Shown here: positions 37,754 to 46,231 of the stretch, one piece after another
Numbering within the stretch: position 1 is the stretch's first letter
How the letters are laid out: the number at the start of each line of letters is the position of its first letter
Source: Eubacteriales bacterium
GTDB lineage: Bacteria; Bacillota; Clostridia; Oscillospirales; UBA644
DNA: 64,000 nucleotides
Direction: 5' to 3'
Assembly (NCBI GenBank): GCA_045542115.1
Contig: JAZQKK010000014.1
Coordinates: forward strand, 120,617 to 184,616
Program-made: the position numbers and the translations under genes
Notes under the pieces: model-generated
What the model was told of the DNA's origin: nothing
Databases searched by the model: none
Seen by the model: only the letters and a program-made list of their open reading frames with translations

Positions 37754-37829
37754 TGGAGCTGGTAATCGGATTCGAACCGATGACCTGTTCATTACGAGTG
37801 AACTGCTCTACCGACTGAGCCATACCAGC
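37754..37829 (-). tRNA. tRNA-Thr (anticodon CGU), CCA encoded
   Basis: Minus strand: GCTGGTATGGCTCAGTCGGTAGAGCAGTTCACTCGTAATGAACAGGTCATCGGTTCGAATCCGATTACCAGCTCCA. Anticodon loop CUCGUAA. Confidence 0.92.
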
Positions 37830-37861
37830 AAATTGCGGCGGTATTCCACCGCAACGGTATA

Positions 37862-37890
37862 ATTATATCATATCTTTCGAGAAAATTCAA
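37862..37890 (-). promoter_or_regulatory. sigma-A promoter for tRNA-Thr
   Basis: Minus strand reads TTGAAT-17 nt-TATAAT, about 30 nt upstream of the tRNA 5' end. Confidence 0.65.
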
Positions 37891-37928
37891 TGAAAAAAAT
37901 GTAACATTTTTATTTTCTTCGATTTTTC

Positions 37929-39083
37929 TTACATTGACCGGCGGCGACGGTTCCCAAAACGCAACGAATGGTCGGGTTTCATTCGTACGCTCTCCGCAAG
38001 TCCGATGGCAAAAAAGCAGGCCAAGACCGACGAACCGCCGGAACTGATAAAGGGCAACGTAACGCCAATAACGGGAGAAACTCCGATACACATTCCGATA
38101 TTCATCATAAACTGAACGGCAAACATTGCGGCAAGACCAAAACAAATCAATTTCCCCGTATCGTCTTTTGCGTGCTTTGCCCCTCGGGCAAGAAGCACCA
38201 CGAGAAGAGTCATCAAGACCAACACGGCGATACAACCGATAAATCCGAATTCTTCCCCGATAACGGAATAAATAAAGTCCGTATGGCTGGCGGGGAGCAA
38301 TTCGTTTTGAGACTGCACGCCTTCCCCATATCCAAGTCCGGTCAACCCGCCCGAGCCGATGGCAATTTTGGAAAGAATAGGCTGATAGCCGAAATCCAGG
38401 GGATCCAGCTCCGGGTTCAGGCTGAACAAAATCCGTTTTTTGTGATAATCCTGCAATACGAAATTCCAAAGAATCGGAAACAAGGCAACGATTCCCACAC
38501 CGGCAAAAATAAAATACCGATACTGCAACCCTGCCATATACAGAATAACCAGCAACATTCCGCAGTAGACCAAGGCCGTACCGAAATCCCCTTGGATACA
38601 AATGGGAATAAAATAGGCTAAAAAATGAAGGGCCAACATACAAAGCGTAGGAATACGGTTCAACGATTCAATCCCGCGGGAAACGTGGGTAGAAAAGGTG
38701 AGGATAAACGCCACCTTTGCAAATTCCGACGGCTGGACGCTGATAAAACCCAAATCCAGCCAGTTGGTATTCCCCCCGGAATAAACTCCCACGAAAGAGG
38801 TAAGGAGCAGAACCACGGAACAAATCAACACAATCGGCACGGAAAAATGCCCTAAAAAGGAATAATCTATCTTGGAAAAGAGGAACACGACCAAAAGCCC
38901 TGCGGCAATTCCCAACAACTGAATCGTTACTTCGTGCTTTTGATTTCCGCCGGCAGCGGTAGCCGTGCTGACCGCGGCAACCCCAAGGGCAGACAACAAC
39001 AGGGCAATCCACAAAATTCCCTTGTCCAAGGCGGCAAAATAGTCGGAAATTGCTTGGCTGAAATCCCCCAACGGTCGCTTCAC
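37929..39083 (-). CDS. FtsW/RodA/SpoVE-family peptidoglycan glycosyltransferase
   Basis: 384 aa, about ten TM segments. SEFAKV, GDFGTAL and LPFISSGGSS are SEDS motifs. GTG start after GGGAGGA. Confidence 0.85.
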   Translation of the reverse strand: MKRPLGDFSQAISDYFAALDKGILWIALLLSALGVAAVSTATAAGGNQKHEVTIQLLGIAAGLLVVFLFSKIDYSFLGHFSVPIVLICSVVLLLTSFVGVYSGGNTNWLDLGFISVQPSEFAKVAFILTFSTHVSRGIESLNRIPTLCMLALHFLAYFIPICIQGDFGTALVYCGMLLVILYMAGLQYRYFIFAGVGIVALFPILWNFVLQDYHKKRILFSLNPELDPLDFGYQPILSKIAIGSGGLTGLGYGEGVQSQNELLPASHTDFIYSVIGEEFGFIGCIAVLVLMTLLVVLLARGAKHAKDDTGKLICFGLAAMFAVQFMMNIGMCIGVSPVIGVTLPFISSGGSSVLACFFAIGLAESVRMKPDHSLRFGNRRRRSM

Positions 39084-39115
39084 GGCGATTCCTCCCCTCT
39101 TGTAGTAATATATAC

Positions 39116-39144
39116 ATTATAAAACAAACCGGGCATTTTGTCAA
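39116..39144 (-). promoter_or_regulatory. sigma-A promoter for the SEDS (rodA/spoVE-like) gene
   Basis: Minus strand reads TTGACA-17 nt-TATAAT. Confidence 0.7.
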
Positions 39145-39211
39145 GGGTGTTTCGGTCATATTGCGGATTTCTTCAAAATATAAATAAACAGAACCGAACA
39201 AGGAGGAAGTT

Positions 39212-39808
39212 ATGAGAACAAAACGAAACCGGGAAATGAAACAGGCGGCAATACTGACGTTATTATTGTTCGCCGCAACGCTTGCCGTGACCGGAATCAC
39301 CGGATTGATTCCAAAGGGCGACACGGCGCCGACAGAAGAAGAAAAAACCGAAAGCATCGTTTTGTATCAAGAAGTTTTTTCCGTGCTTCCTACCGATGAA
39401 ACAGTAACGGTTTTTGCGGATTTTTGCCCACCTCTGACCGGCAGAATAACTTCGGGGTACGGATATCGAAAAGACCCGTTTTCCGGGCAAATCAAATATC
39501 ACAAAGGGGTTGACGTGGCCGTGGAACGGGGAACGGAAGTATTGGCCGTCTCCAACGGAAAAGTCACCGCATCCCGATACGATTCCATCGGCGGAAATTA
39601 CGTCACCATCGACCACGGGAACGAGGTGGAAAGTTATTACGGACACCTTCAAACCCGAACAGTCGCCGTGGGTGATACGGTAACGACGGGACAAATTATT
39701 GGACTTTCGGGAGATACAGGGAAGGTCACAGGCCCCCATCTTCACTTTCAATTAACCTATCGGGAACGAACGGTAGACCCCCGACAATATTTTGAGTTAG
39801 AACAATGA
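39212..39808 (+). CDS. M23 (LytM-type) peptidase, SpoIVFA-position homolog
   Basis: 198 aa. N-terminal TM segment, with intact HKGVD (HxxxD) and GPHLHF (HxH) catalytic motifs. Confidence 0.8.
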   Translation: MRTKRNREMKQAAILTLLLFAATLAVTGITGLIPKGDTAPTEEEKTESIVLYQEVFSVLPTDETVTVFADFCPPLTGRITSGYGYRKDPFSGQIKYHKGVDVAVERGTEVLAVSNGKVTASRYDSIGGNYVTIDHGNEVESYYGHLQTRTVAVGDTVTTGQIIGLSGDTGKVTGPHLHFQLTYRERTVDPRQYFELEQ

Positions 39809-40395
39809 GACGGTTTTACATTCACCCCTCGGTATTTTTTGTGGCCCTATTCCCCTGCCTTGGGATTCTAACCTGGGCACAGACGGCACTGTTGTGGGCA
39901 AGTGCCGCCCTTCACGAGACGGGACATATCCTTGCCTACGGTCTTTGCGGAACAACGATGGAACGAATCATCCTTCTCCCCTTTGGGATTTGTGCCGTGC
40001 CGCAAAACCCCTTGAAAATTCCGCCGAAAAACGAAGTTTTCTGTGCCGGAGCAGGACCGGTACTCAATTTGCTTGTTACCGTAATACTGCTGGCACTTCC
40101 CATTTCTTCAAAAAACGAAATCCTCTTATATCTTCTGTATTGCAACGGTGCGCTGTTTTTGATAAATCTGCTACCCATCCTCCCTTTGGACGGGGGACGG
40201 ATGCTGTATTACGCGTTGGCGATAAAATACGATGGAGAGCGGTGTGAAACCGTATCGCGGCGATGCGCTCTGGTGATACTGATTCTTTTACTCTATCCCG
40301 TCATTGCATCCCTATGGGTGGAACATAACCCGTCTCTTGCAATGATTTGGGGATATTTGGCAAGTTATACCGTGCTTCGACGGGGCTCGATTTGA
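39805..40395 (+). CDS. M50 site-2 protease family protein (short, SpoIVFB-like without CBS domain)
   Basis: 196 aa. HETGH (HExxH) in a TM helix and NLLPILPLDGG motif. ATGA overlap with the M23 gene. Confidence 0.7.
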   Translation: MRRFYIHPSVFFVALFPCLGILTWAQTALLWASAALHETGHILAYGLCGTTMERIILLPFGICAVPQNPLKIPPKNEVFCAGAGPVLNLLVTVILLALPISSKNEILLYLLYCNGALFLINLLPILPLDGGRMLYYALAIKYDGERCETVSRRCALVILILLLYPVIASLWVEHNPSLAMIWGYLASYTVLRRGSI

Positions 40396-40422
40396 ATTTT
40401 TTCCGACTTTTCTCAAAAGGTA

Positions 40423-40451
40423 TTGAAATTGTAGAAATATTATGATATAAT
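40423..40451 (+). promoter_or_regulatory. sigma-A promoter for the DUF4364/DivIVA-like operon
   Basis: TTGAAA-17 nt-TATAAT. Confidence 0.7.
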
Positions 40452-40484
40452 GTAGTATCAATATGCGAAAGGAGCCGTTGGACG

Positions 40485-41045
40485 ATGAGTGCAAATCTGT
40501 CCCTTCATCAAATCAAAGTGTTAGTACTTTATACCGTGGACGGAACGCCCGGACCGGTTCCCCGTCACGTCGTTGAAACGGCCCTGGCTCTGTGCGACGC
40601 CAATATTTTTGCCATTCAGGAAGCGTTACACGATTTGATTGCCAATGAAAACCTAACGCAAAAATACGATGAAAACGAAATTCCCTACCTGTTTTTAACG
40701 CCCCAGGGAAAGAGCGTGGTGGAACCCTTACGAAAAGACGTTCCCCTTTCCTATCGGGAAAAAGCCCTCGCTTTTGCGGCGGCGGAAATGTCCAAGCTCC
40801 GCAAGGAAATCGGCGTGGAAGCAAAGGTAGAACCTATCGTCAAGGGAAACGGTACGGAATATGCCTGCAACATTTCCCTTTCCGACGAAGGGGTCACGAT
40901 GATGGGAATCACCCTCTATTCTCCCAACAAATTGCAGGCAGATATGATGGCGGAACGGTTCCGTAAAAACCCTTTGGATATTTACCGGAAGGTATTGCAT
41001 ATTATGACCGGCACGGACAAGCCGACCGACGAAACAGAGGAGTAA
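40485..41045 (+). CDS. DUF4364-family protein (PadR-like winged helix, function unknown)
   Basis: 186 aa. N-terminal IKVLVLYTV...FAIQEALHDLI...YLFLTPQGKSVV pattern matches my recollection of DUF4364. Confidence 0.5.
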   Translation: MSANLSLHQIKVLVLYTVDGTPGPVPRHVVETALALCDANIFAIQEALHDLIANENLTQKYDENEIPYLFLTPQGKSVVEPLRKDVPLSYREKALAFAAAEMSKLRKEIGVEAKVEPIVKGNGTEYACNISLSDEGVTMMGITLYSPNKLQADMMAERFRKNPLDIYRKVLHIMTGTDKPTDETEE

Positions 41046-41049
41046 CTCA

Positions 41050-41844
41050 ATGAAACAAGACAAGCTATTCCGGGAGACCGCCTTCGGGGGATACAAACGG
41101 GAAGACGTGCTGAAATATATTGACAGCACCGACAAGGCCCACCGTGTCGCCCTGGACGAGTTAAACGACCGCATCCTGGAACTAAACGAGGCCTTGACCG
41201 CCGCTGCCAAAAAAAATGAGGCGTTGGAGCAGGAACTGGAAATCAAGACTGCCTACGCCGTGGAAGCGGAAGAATTAAAGAAACAGTTGGAAGCGAAAGA
41301 TTCTCAGATTGAAGAATTGCTTCAACGGTGCCGGCAACTCTCCGCACAGACCGAAGAAGTGGCTAAAAAATGCGAAGAATTGGCCGCAGAACTGGAGAAT
41401 AACAAAGAAGGTTTCGCCTGTGAAAAACTGCAAAACGGCGTTTGTGTTGCCGTGACGGAGCAGGCAGAGAAAATCTTGGCGCAAGCGAAAGCGGAAGCAA
41501 AACGGAAAATTTCCGATGCGGAAGAACAAGCCTCGGGGATTTTGTTAAAGGCACGCATCGAATCGCAATCGATGATTACCGAAGCGGAAGGGCAAACCGA
41601 AGCGTTGGCGCAACAGGTTTCAGAAGAGGCGCATCAGATTATTACAATGACCGTCAACGAAGCAAAAGGCATCATCGGTGCCGCAAAGGCGCAGAGCGAC
41701 GTTATTTTGTCCGATTCGGCCCGTTCCATCGGCAAGATAAAAGGAAACCTCTCCTCGATGCAAATGGTGGTTAAAACCATTGAAAATGAACTGAAATCCG
41801 CAAAGGAATCCCTTTCGGAAACGATTTTGAAAAAAGAAGGTTGA
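41050..41844 (+). CDS. DivIVA-domain coiled-coil protein
   Basis: 264 aa. N-terminal FRETAFGGYKREDVLKYID matches the DivIVA/GpsB N-domain pattern. The rest is Ala/Glu/Lys-rich coiled coil. Confidence 0.55.
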   Translation: MKQDKLFRETAFGGYKREDVLKYIDSTDKAHRVALDELNDRILELNEALTAAAKKNEALEQELEIKTAYAVEAEELKKQLEAKDSQIEELLQRCRQLSAQTEEVAKKCEELAAELENNKEGFACEKLQNGVCVAVTEQAEKILAQAKAEAKRKISDAEEQASGILLKARIESQSMITEAEGQTEALAQQVSEEAHQIITMTVNEAKGIIGAAKAQSDVILSDSARSIGKIKGNLSSMQMVVKTIENELKSAKESLSETILKKEG

Positions 41845-41850
41845 TGAATT

Positions 41851-41958
41851 ATGAACAAAAAAACGAAACTCGCTGTCCGTATTATATGCCTGCTCCTTGC
41901 CGTCGCGATGATTGCATCTTTGGCCTACACGATGCTCTATTTCATCTTTATGGTATAA
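41851..41958 (+). CDS. candidate 35-aa hydrophobic micro-protein (MNKKTKLAVRIICLLLAVAMIASLAYTMLYFIFMV)
   Basis: Read by me; below the track size cutoff. The ATG lies 4 nt after the DivIVA-like stop, with a purine-rich AAGAAGG upstream. Basic N-terminus plus one TM helix. Confidence 0.3.
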   Translation: MNKKTKLAVRIICLLLAVAMIASLAYTMLYFIFMV

Positions 41959-42002
41959 AGACAATCAGTCGCTTTTCCCCTAAGGCCGAGACGATTTCTC
42001 CA

Positions 42003-42031
42003 TAGACAAAAGCAATGGGATATGCTACAAT
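42003..42031 (+). promoter_or_regulatory. candidate sigma-A promoter for the 42095 oxidoreductase gene
   Basis: TAGACA-17 nt-TACAAT with TGc extended -10. Confidence 0.5.
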
Positions 42032-42046
42032 AGAATCATCATCAGG

Positions 42047-42080
42047 AAGCACTCAGCGTATTACTGAGTGCTTTGTTTAT
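42047..42080 (+). terminator. terminator-like hairpin (AAGCACTCAG-cgtatta-CTGAGTGCTT + TGTTTAT)
   Basis: 10-bp perfect stem. Either the terminator of the upstream DivIVA-like operon or a 5'-UTR attenuator, because it lies downstream of the candidate promoter. Confidence 0.55.
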
Positions 42081-42094
42081 AAAAGGAGTATCGT

Positions 42095-43381
42095 ATGAAG
42101 CGAGTAAAAGTTATTATCGCCGGTTGCGGAAGCCGGGGCGCTCACACTTACGGACGCATTATGAGCAAAATGCCCGAAGAATACGAAGTCGTAGGAGTAG
42201 CAGAGCCCATTGAAGCCAGAAGAAATCATATGAAAGAAACGTTCCATCTTTCAGATGAGGTTTGTTTCCTGGATTGGAAAGATATGGCCCAGAAGCCCAA
42301 ATTTGCGGACCTGGTGGTCATTGCCACCCAAGATTATATGCATACCGAGCCTGCCCTTGCTTTTATTGAAAAGGGATACGACATTTTGTTGGAAAAGCCG
42401 ATGGCACCTACACCGAAGGAATGTCTTGAAATCGTTGCTGCGGCCCAAAAGCATAATACGAAAATTCTTGTCTGCCACGTATTGCGTTATACAAAATTCT
42501 TCAAGACCTTAAAGAAAATCATTAACGACGGTCTTATCGGTGATGTTCAGGTCATCAACCATCAGGAAGACGTGGGACACATTCACCAAAGCCACAGTTT
42601 CGTCCGCGGAAATTGGCGGAATTCGAAAGAAACCACCCCGATGATTTTGGCAAAATGCTGTCACGACACCGACTTGTTGCAATGGTTGGTTGGGGATAAC
42701 TGCAAAAAGGTGCAATCCTTCGGAAGCCTTTCCCACTTCAATTCCAAAAATATCCCCGAAGGAGCTCCGGACCGGTGCACTGACGGTTGCCCCCACGCCG
42801 ACACCTGTTATTACAACGCTATCAAACTTTATTACGACGATAAAATGAACGGTTGGTTCCGCACCACCAGCACGGAAAAGCCAAACCCCACCGACGAAGA
42901 CGTAATGTACGCCCTGAAAAACGGGCCCTACGGACGATGCGTTTACAAGTGCGACAACGACGTGGTAGACCATCAGACGGTGAATATGGAATTTGAAAAC
43001 GGCCAAACCGTTCTTTTGACGATGACTGCCTTCACCAAAGGGGGAAGACATACCCGGATTATGGGGACCAAGGGAGAAATCGAGGCTCACGTCAGCAACG
43101 ATTACATCACCGTCTTTACCTTTGAAGACAAACAATACCACGAAATCAAGCTTGACAATTACGTCGGCGGCAACACCATTGCCAGCGGTCACGGCGGCGG
43201 AGACGACGGAATCATTCGGGCATTGTACGAATACGTCACCGACACCTACGAAGGATTTTCCATTTGTGACATTGAGACTTCCGCGAAAAATCACCTCATC
43301 AGCTTTGCGGCGGAAGAATCGAGAATCAACGGCGGTCAGGTCGTCGATCTGGACGAATACGCAAAACGCGTTATGCAATAA
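42095..43381 (+). CDS. Gfo/Idh/MocA-family oxidoreductase (long form, 428 aa)
   Basis: VIIAGCGSRGAHTY Rossmann motif, LLEKPM motif and a Cys-rich insertion (CTDGCPHADTC). Confidence 0.8.
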   Translation: MKRVKVIIAGCGSRGAHTYGRIMSKMPEEYEVVGVAEPIEARRNHMKETFHLSDEVCFLDWKDMAQKPKFADLVVIATQDYMHTEPALAFIEKGYDILLEKPMAPTPKECLEIVAAAQKHNTKILVCHVLRYTKFFKTLKKIINDGLIGDVQVINHQEDVGHIHQSHSFVRGNWRNSKETTPMILAKCCHDTDLLQWLVGDNCKKVQSFGSLSHFNSKNIPEGAPDRCTDGCPHADTCYYNAIKLYYDDKMNGWFRTTSTEKPNPTDEDVMYALKNGPYGRCVYKCDNDVVDHQTVNMEFENGQTVLLTMTAFTKGGRHTRIMGTKGEIEAHVSNDYITVFTFEDKQYHEIKLDNYVGGNTIASGHGGGDDGIIRALYEYVTDTYEGFSICDIETSAKNHLISFAAEESRINGGQVVDLDEYAKRVMQ

Positions 43382-43429
43382 TAAAAAACGACAGAGCATC
43401 GGTTTGAACCGGTGCTCTGAATTTTTAAC

Positions 43430-43987
43430 TTAAAATATTTTATTAACGCTTCCCTTGAACATCGTCAACTCCCCGGGGTAATCCCCTTCCGGGGGCGTGG
43501 ACTGATAGATCTTAAAACCGTTGCGTTCAAAGGCTTTCCGTGCCCGCTCGTTGTAATCAAACAGACCAAAGGCAAACAAGTGGGAGCAGGACGTGTTTTC
43601 AAAAGCAAACCGGCATAAAAGACCAATGGCGCGACTGCCATAACTTTTCCCCCAACAGTCGGTCTCCCCTATCATAATATCCAACCGACGGCAATCGGTG
43701 GAAGAAGCCAGCGGCTCGGGGAAGGGAGATTTTATCGCCTGCATCCGACATTCTCCGATAGGACGGTCGTCCAGGGAAATGATATAGCAATCGGCGGTTT
43801 GGGAAAGAGAAGCGTACAGCGATACCACTTCTTCTTCCGTATAAGGGTCAACCTCTCCTTCGCTGAAATGAAGCACGTCGAGGTCGGCGTTCCATTTTGC
43901 AAGCAACGGAAGGTCTTCGTCCGTCATAGGACGAAGGGTAACCACTCCGTCGGAAAAGGTTCTTTGATGGGTTCGTATCAACGACAT
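43430..43987 (-). CDS. GNAT-family N-acetyltransferase
   Basis: Start moved to MSLIRTHQ (ATG 43987) behind AAAGGAG. DIMIGETDCWGKSYGSRA acetyl-CoA-binding-type motif and NERARKAFERNGF. Confidence 0.75.
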   Translation of the reverse strand: MSLIRTHQRTFSDGVVTLRPMTDEDLPLLAKWNADLDVLHFSEGEVDPYTEEEVVSLYASLSQTADCYIISLDDRPIGECRMQAIKSPFPEPLASSTDCRRLDIMIGETDCWGKSYGSRAIGLLCRFAFENTSCSHLFAFGLFDYNERARKAFERNGFKIYQSTPPEGDYPGELTMFKGSVNKIF

Positions 43988-44004
43988 AATCTGCTCCTTT
44001 TGGG

Positions 44005-44035
44005 AAAAAATCCAAGGACCGTGCAGTCCTTGGAT
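44005..44035 (-). terminator. intrinsic terminator after the G5/3D-domain gene
   Basis: ATCCAAGGAC-loop-GTCCTTGGAT followed by T6 on the minus strand. Confidence 0.75.
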
Positions 44036-44051
44036 TTTGTTTGTTGTTTGA

Positions 44052-45044
44052 TCAAGAGCCGTAACTGATGACGTACACCGTTCCGTAGGGGCGCCCGAAA
44101 TAACGGCAATCCGTATCGGAAGGCAAGAACAGGTCAACGATATTTCCCTTGATTGCACCGCCGGTGTCTTTGGCATAACAATAGCCATAGACAAACCCGT
44201 TATTCAGCACCACGTAAAGATACGAATGGATGGGAATAACATTCGGGTCTACCGCGACGTAACCTACTCGGGCTTTTTCGCCGGAGAAGGTGTAGGAAGC
44301 TCCGGTACGGTTGTAAGTGTAAGCAGTAAACTCACAAGAAAGTTTCTTCACGTAACTTGTGGGGGCACCGTTACCCAAATTCAACAGATGGGTCGCATCC
44401 ACGTAAACCAAGGCGTCTTTGGGCTGAGAAATCACTTTGGAAGAAACTCTGGTCCGTTCGACTTCTTCGCCGTTGACCAATTTGATCCGGGACGTGATTT
44501 CACGAATACCGGGGGTCCCTGCCGTGTTCTTCAACCGCGAAGCATACTTGCCGTTCAAGGTGGGAGAAAGGGCATAAGACATCAAAATCTGCTTGGTTGT
44601 AAAGGGGATGGATTCCCGTTCGGTAACTTCCTTGTAGGTCACACGACCTACCTCGACCGACATATCCGCCTCTAACTCTTGGGACAAGTCGTAGTTAATG
44701 GTATCTTCCGCATTGAGATAAACGTCGTTGCGGTAAAGAAGGTCTAAGACTGTCTGTCCGTCTTCCTTGTCGTAGCAATGAGTATACTCTTCGCCGTCAA
44801 CTTTCAGATGGACTAAATAAGAGTTGTTTCCGCTGACTACAATCTCTTCGGACTGCTCGTCTTTGGAAAAGGAGGTGATCTGTCCGGTCAAACATTCGTC
44901 GGATGCAGCATCTTCCTCGGCAAACATAACAACGCAGCACACCGAAAGAAGAACCACAGTCAATCCAAACGTCACCAGGGAGAGCAAAACTCTCCGATCG
45001 GACAGGACCGACTTCCAACGGATGTTTTTCGGAATTATTTTCAT
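44052..45044 (-). CDS. cell-wall protein with N-terminal TM segment, DUF348-like region, G5 domain and C-terminal 3D (MltA/RlpA-like) domain (YabE/RpfB-type)
   Basis: 330 aa. G5-like VTYKEVTERESIPFTTK...GTPGIREI. 3D-like FTAYTY...GYVAVDPNVIP...AKDTGGAIKGNIVDLF. Confidence 0.75.
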   Translation of the reverse strand: MKIIPKNIRWKSVLSDRRVLLSLVTFGLTVVLLSVCCVVMFAEEDAASDECLTGQITSFSKDEQSEEIVVSGNNSYLVHLKVDGEEYTHCYDKEDGQTVLDLLYRNDVYLNAEDTINYDLSQELEADMSVEVGRVTYKEVTERESIPFTTKQILMSYALSPTLNGKYASRLKNTAGTPGIREITSRIKLVNGEEVERTRVSSKVISQPKDALVYVDATHLLNLGNGAPTSYVKKLSCEFTAYTYNRTGASYTFSGEKARVGYVAVDPNVIPIHSYLYVVLNNGFVYGYCYAKDTGGAIKGNIVDLFLPSDTDCRYFGRPYGTVYVISYGS

Positions 45045-45057
45045 TAAAACACCACCG

Positions 45058-45169
45058 TAGTAATTGTTTTGTCACGATCTATATGAACCTGCCGGCCGGG
45101 AAGATCCCGACGCGGACAGGGGTATAATCTTGCAACCAGGTCGAAGGGCTTGGTCCAACCCAATTACTA
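45058..45169 (-). promoter_or_regulatory. structured 5' leader RNA (riboswitch-like domain, class unconfirmed) of the G5/3D gene
   Basis: 9-bp long-range helix (UAGUAAUUG at 45169-45161 with CAAUUACUA at 45066-45058) enclosing nested GC-rich hairpins (45088-45120). The 3' strand ends 1 nt before the SD GGUGGUG (45056-45050). Confidence 0.4.
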
Positions 45170-45251
45170 TGTATATGTACCGGAAATCGGTGGTATGACC
45201 CCGATACATTGCAGAACGTATCTGACGATACAAAATCCTCTGCAAGGATAA

Positions 45252-45662
45252 TCAGCGCTTGGAGAACTGAGGAGCGCGACGAGCAGCTTTCAAGCCGTAC
45301 TTCTTTCTTTCCTTCATACGAGGATCGCGGGTCAACAGACCGGCTTTCTTCAAAGTAGCTTTGTAAGCTTCGGCATCAATCTTGACCATAGCGCGGGCAA
45401 GACCGTGACGGATAGCACCGGCCTGACCGGAAACGCCGCCGCCGACAACTTTGACCACCAGGTCGAATTTGCCGATGGTTTCGGTGAGAGCCATAGGCTG
45501 ACGAACGATGAGCTTCAAGGTTTCAAGACCGAAGTAATCGTCGATATCTCTACCGTTGATGGTAATTTTGCCGGTACCTTCGTAAACGCGAACGCTGGCA
45601 ACGGACTTCTTTCTTCTACCAGTACCGTACTGGTATGCTTTCTTGGAAGTATACATTCTCAT
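45252..45662 (-). CDS. rpsI: 30S ribosomal protein S9
   Basis: [14 protein letters not shown] and C-terminal [16 protein letters not shown]. Confidence 0.95.
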   Translation of the reverse strand: MRMYTSKKAYQYGTGRRKKSVASVRVYEGTGKITINGRDIDDYFGLETLKLIVRQPMALTETIGKFDLVVKVVGGGVSGQAGAIRHGLARAMVKIDAEAYKATLKKAGLLTRDPRMKERKKYGLKAARRAPQFSKR

Positions 45663-45673
45663 TATCCCCCTAA

Positions 45674-46105
45674 TCAGTCAAGATTATAAACTTCGGGCTT
45701 CTGGGCCTGATGTTTGTGTTCGCTGCCGCGGTAAACTCTCAGACGAGTCATCGCATTGCGGCCGATGGTGGTAGCGGGAAGCATACCCTTCACAGCACGC
45801 TCAAAAGCGAATTCGGGGTTTTCTTGCATCAGGGTAGCGTACTGAACTTCTTTCAGACCGCCGACCCAACCGGTGTGATGACGATAATATTTATCGGTCA
45901 GCTTCTTGCCGGTGAGAACTACTTTTTCAGCATTGAGAACGATGACGTGGTCACCGCAATCAACGTGCGGGGTGTAAGTGGGCTTATGTTTGCCCTTCAA
46001 GATTTTCGCCACTTCGCTAGCAACCCGGCCCAAAGGCTTGTTTGCAGCGTCGACGATGTACCATTTGCGATCCATTTCGGTCGCTTTCGCCATAAATGTT
46101 GCCAT
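45674..46105 (-). CDS. rplM: 50S ribosomal protein L13
   Basis: Start moved to [20 protein letters not shown] (ATG 46105) behind GGAGGA. Confidence 0.95.
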   Translation of the reverse strand: MATFMAKATEMDRKWYIVDAANKPLGRVASEVAKILKGKHKPTYTPHVDCGDHVIVLNAEKVVLTGKKLTDKYYRHHTGWVGGLKEVQYATLMQENPEFAFERAVKGMLPATTIGRNAMTRLRVYRGSEHKHQAQKPEVYNLD

Positions 46106-46159
46106 AGCATCCTCCGTAATCATTCATTTTTCAGAATGGGTATTTTTTTCAGCCTGACT

Positions 46160-46188
46160 ATTATATCACAAGAGGATGAATTTGTCAA
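46160..46188 (-). promoter_or_regulatory. sigma-A promoter for rplM-rpsI
   Basis: Minus strand reads TTGACA-17 nt-TATAAT, with an A/T-rich UP-like region immediately upstream. Confidence 0.8.
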
Positions 46189-46231
46189 TAGTTTTTTTAA
46201 AAAAATTTAATTTATACATTCCGAACTTTGA

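Noticed and set aside
37614-37823. Upstream extension of ORF 37257-37823, which would make a 188-aa protein.
   Set aside because: The extension runs through tRNA-Thr (37754-37829), its terminator and a TTGACA-17-TATAAT promoter. The real start is ATG 37613 behind an SD.
46106-46159. Possible L13 ribosomal-protein leader RNA upstream of rplM.
   Set aside because: Only about 50 nt lie between the -10 box and the start codon, and I could not find a convincing conserved stem-loop. This is too short to claim.
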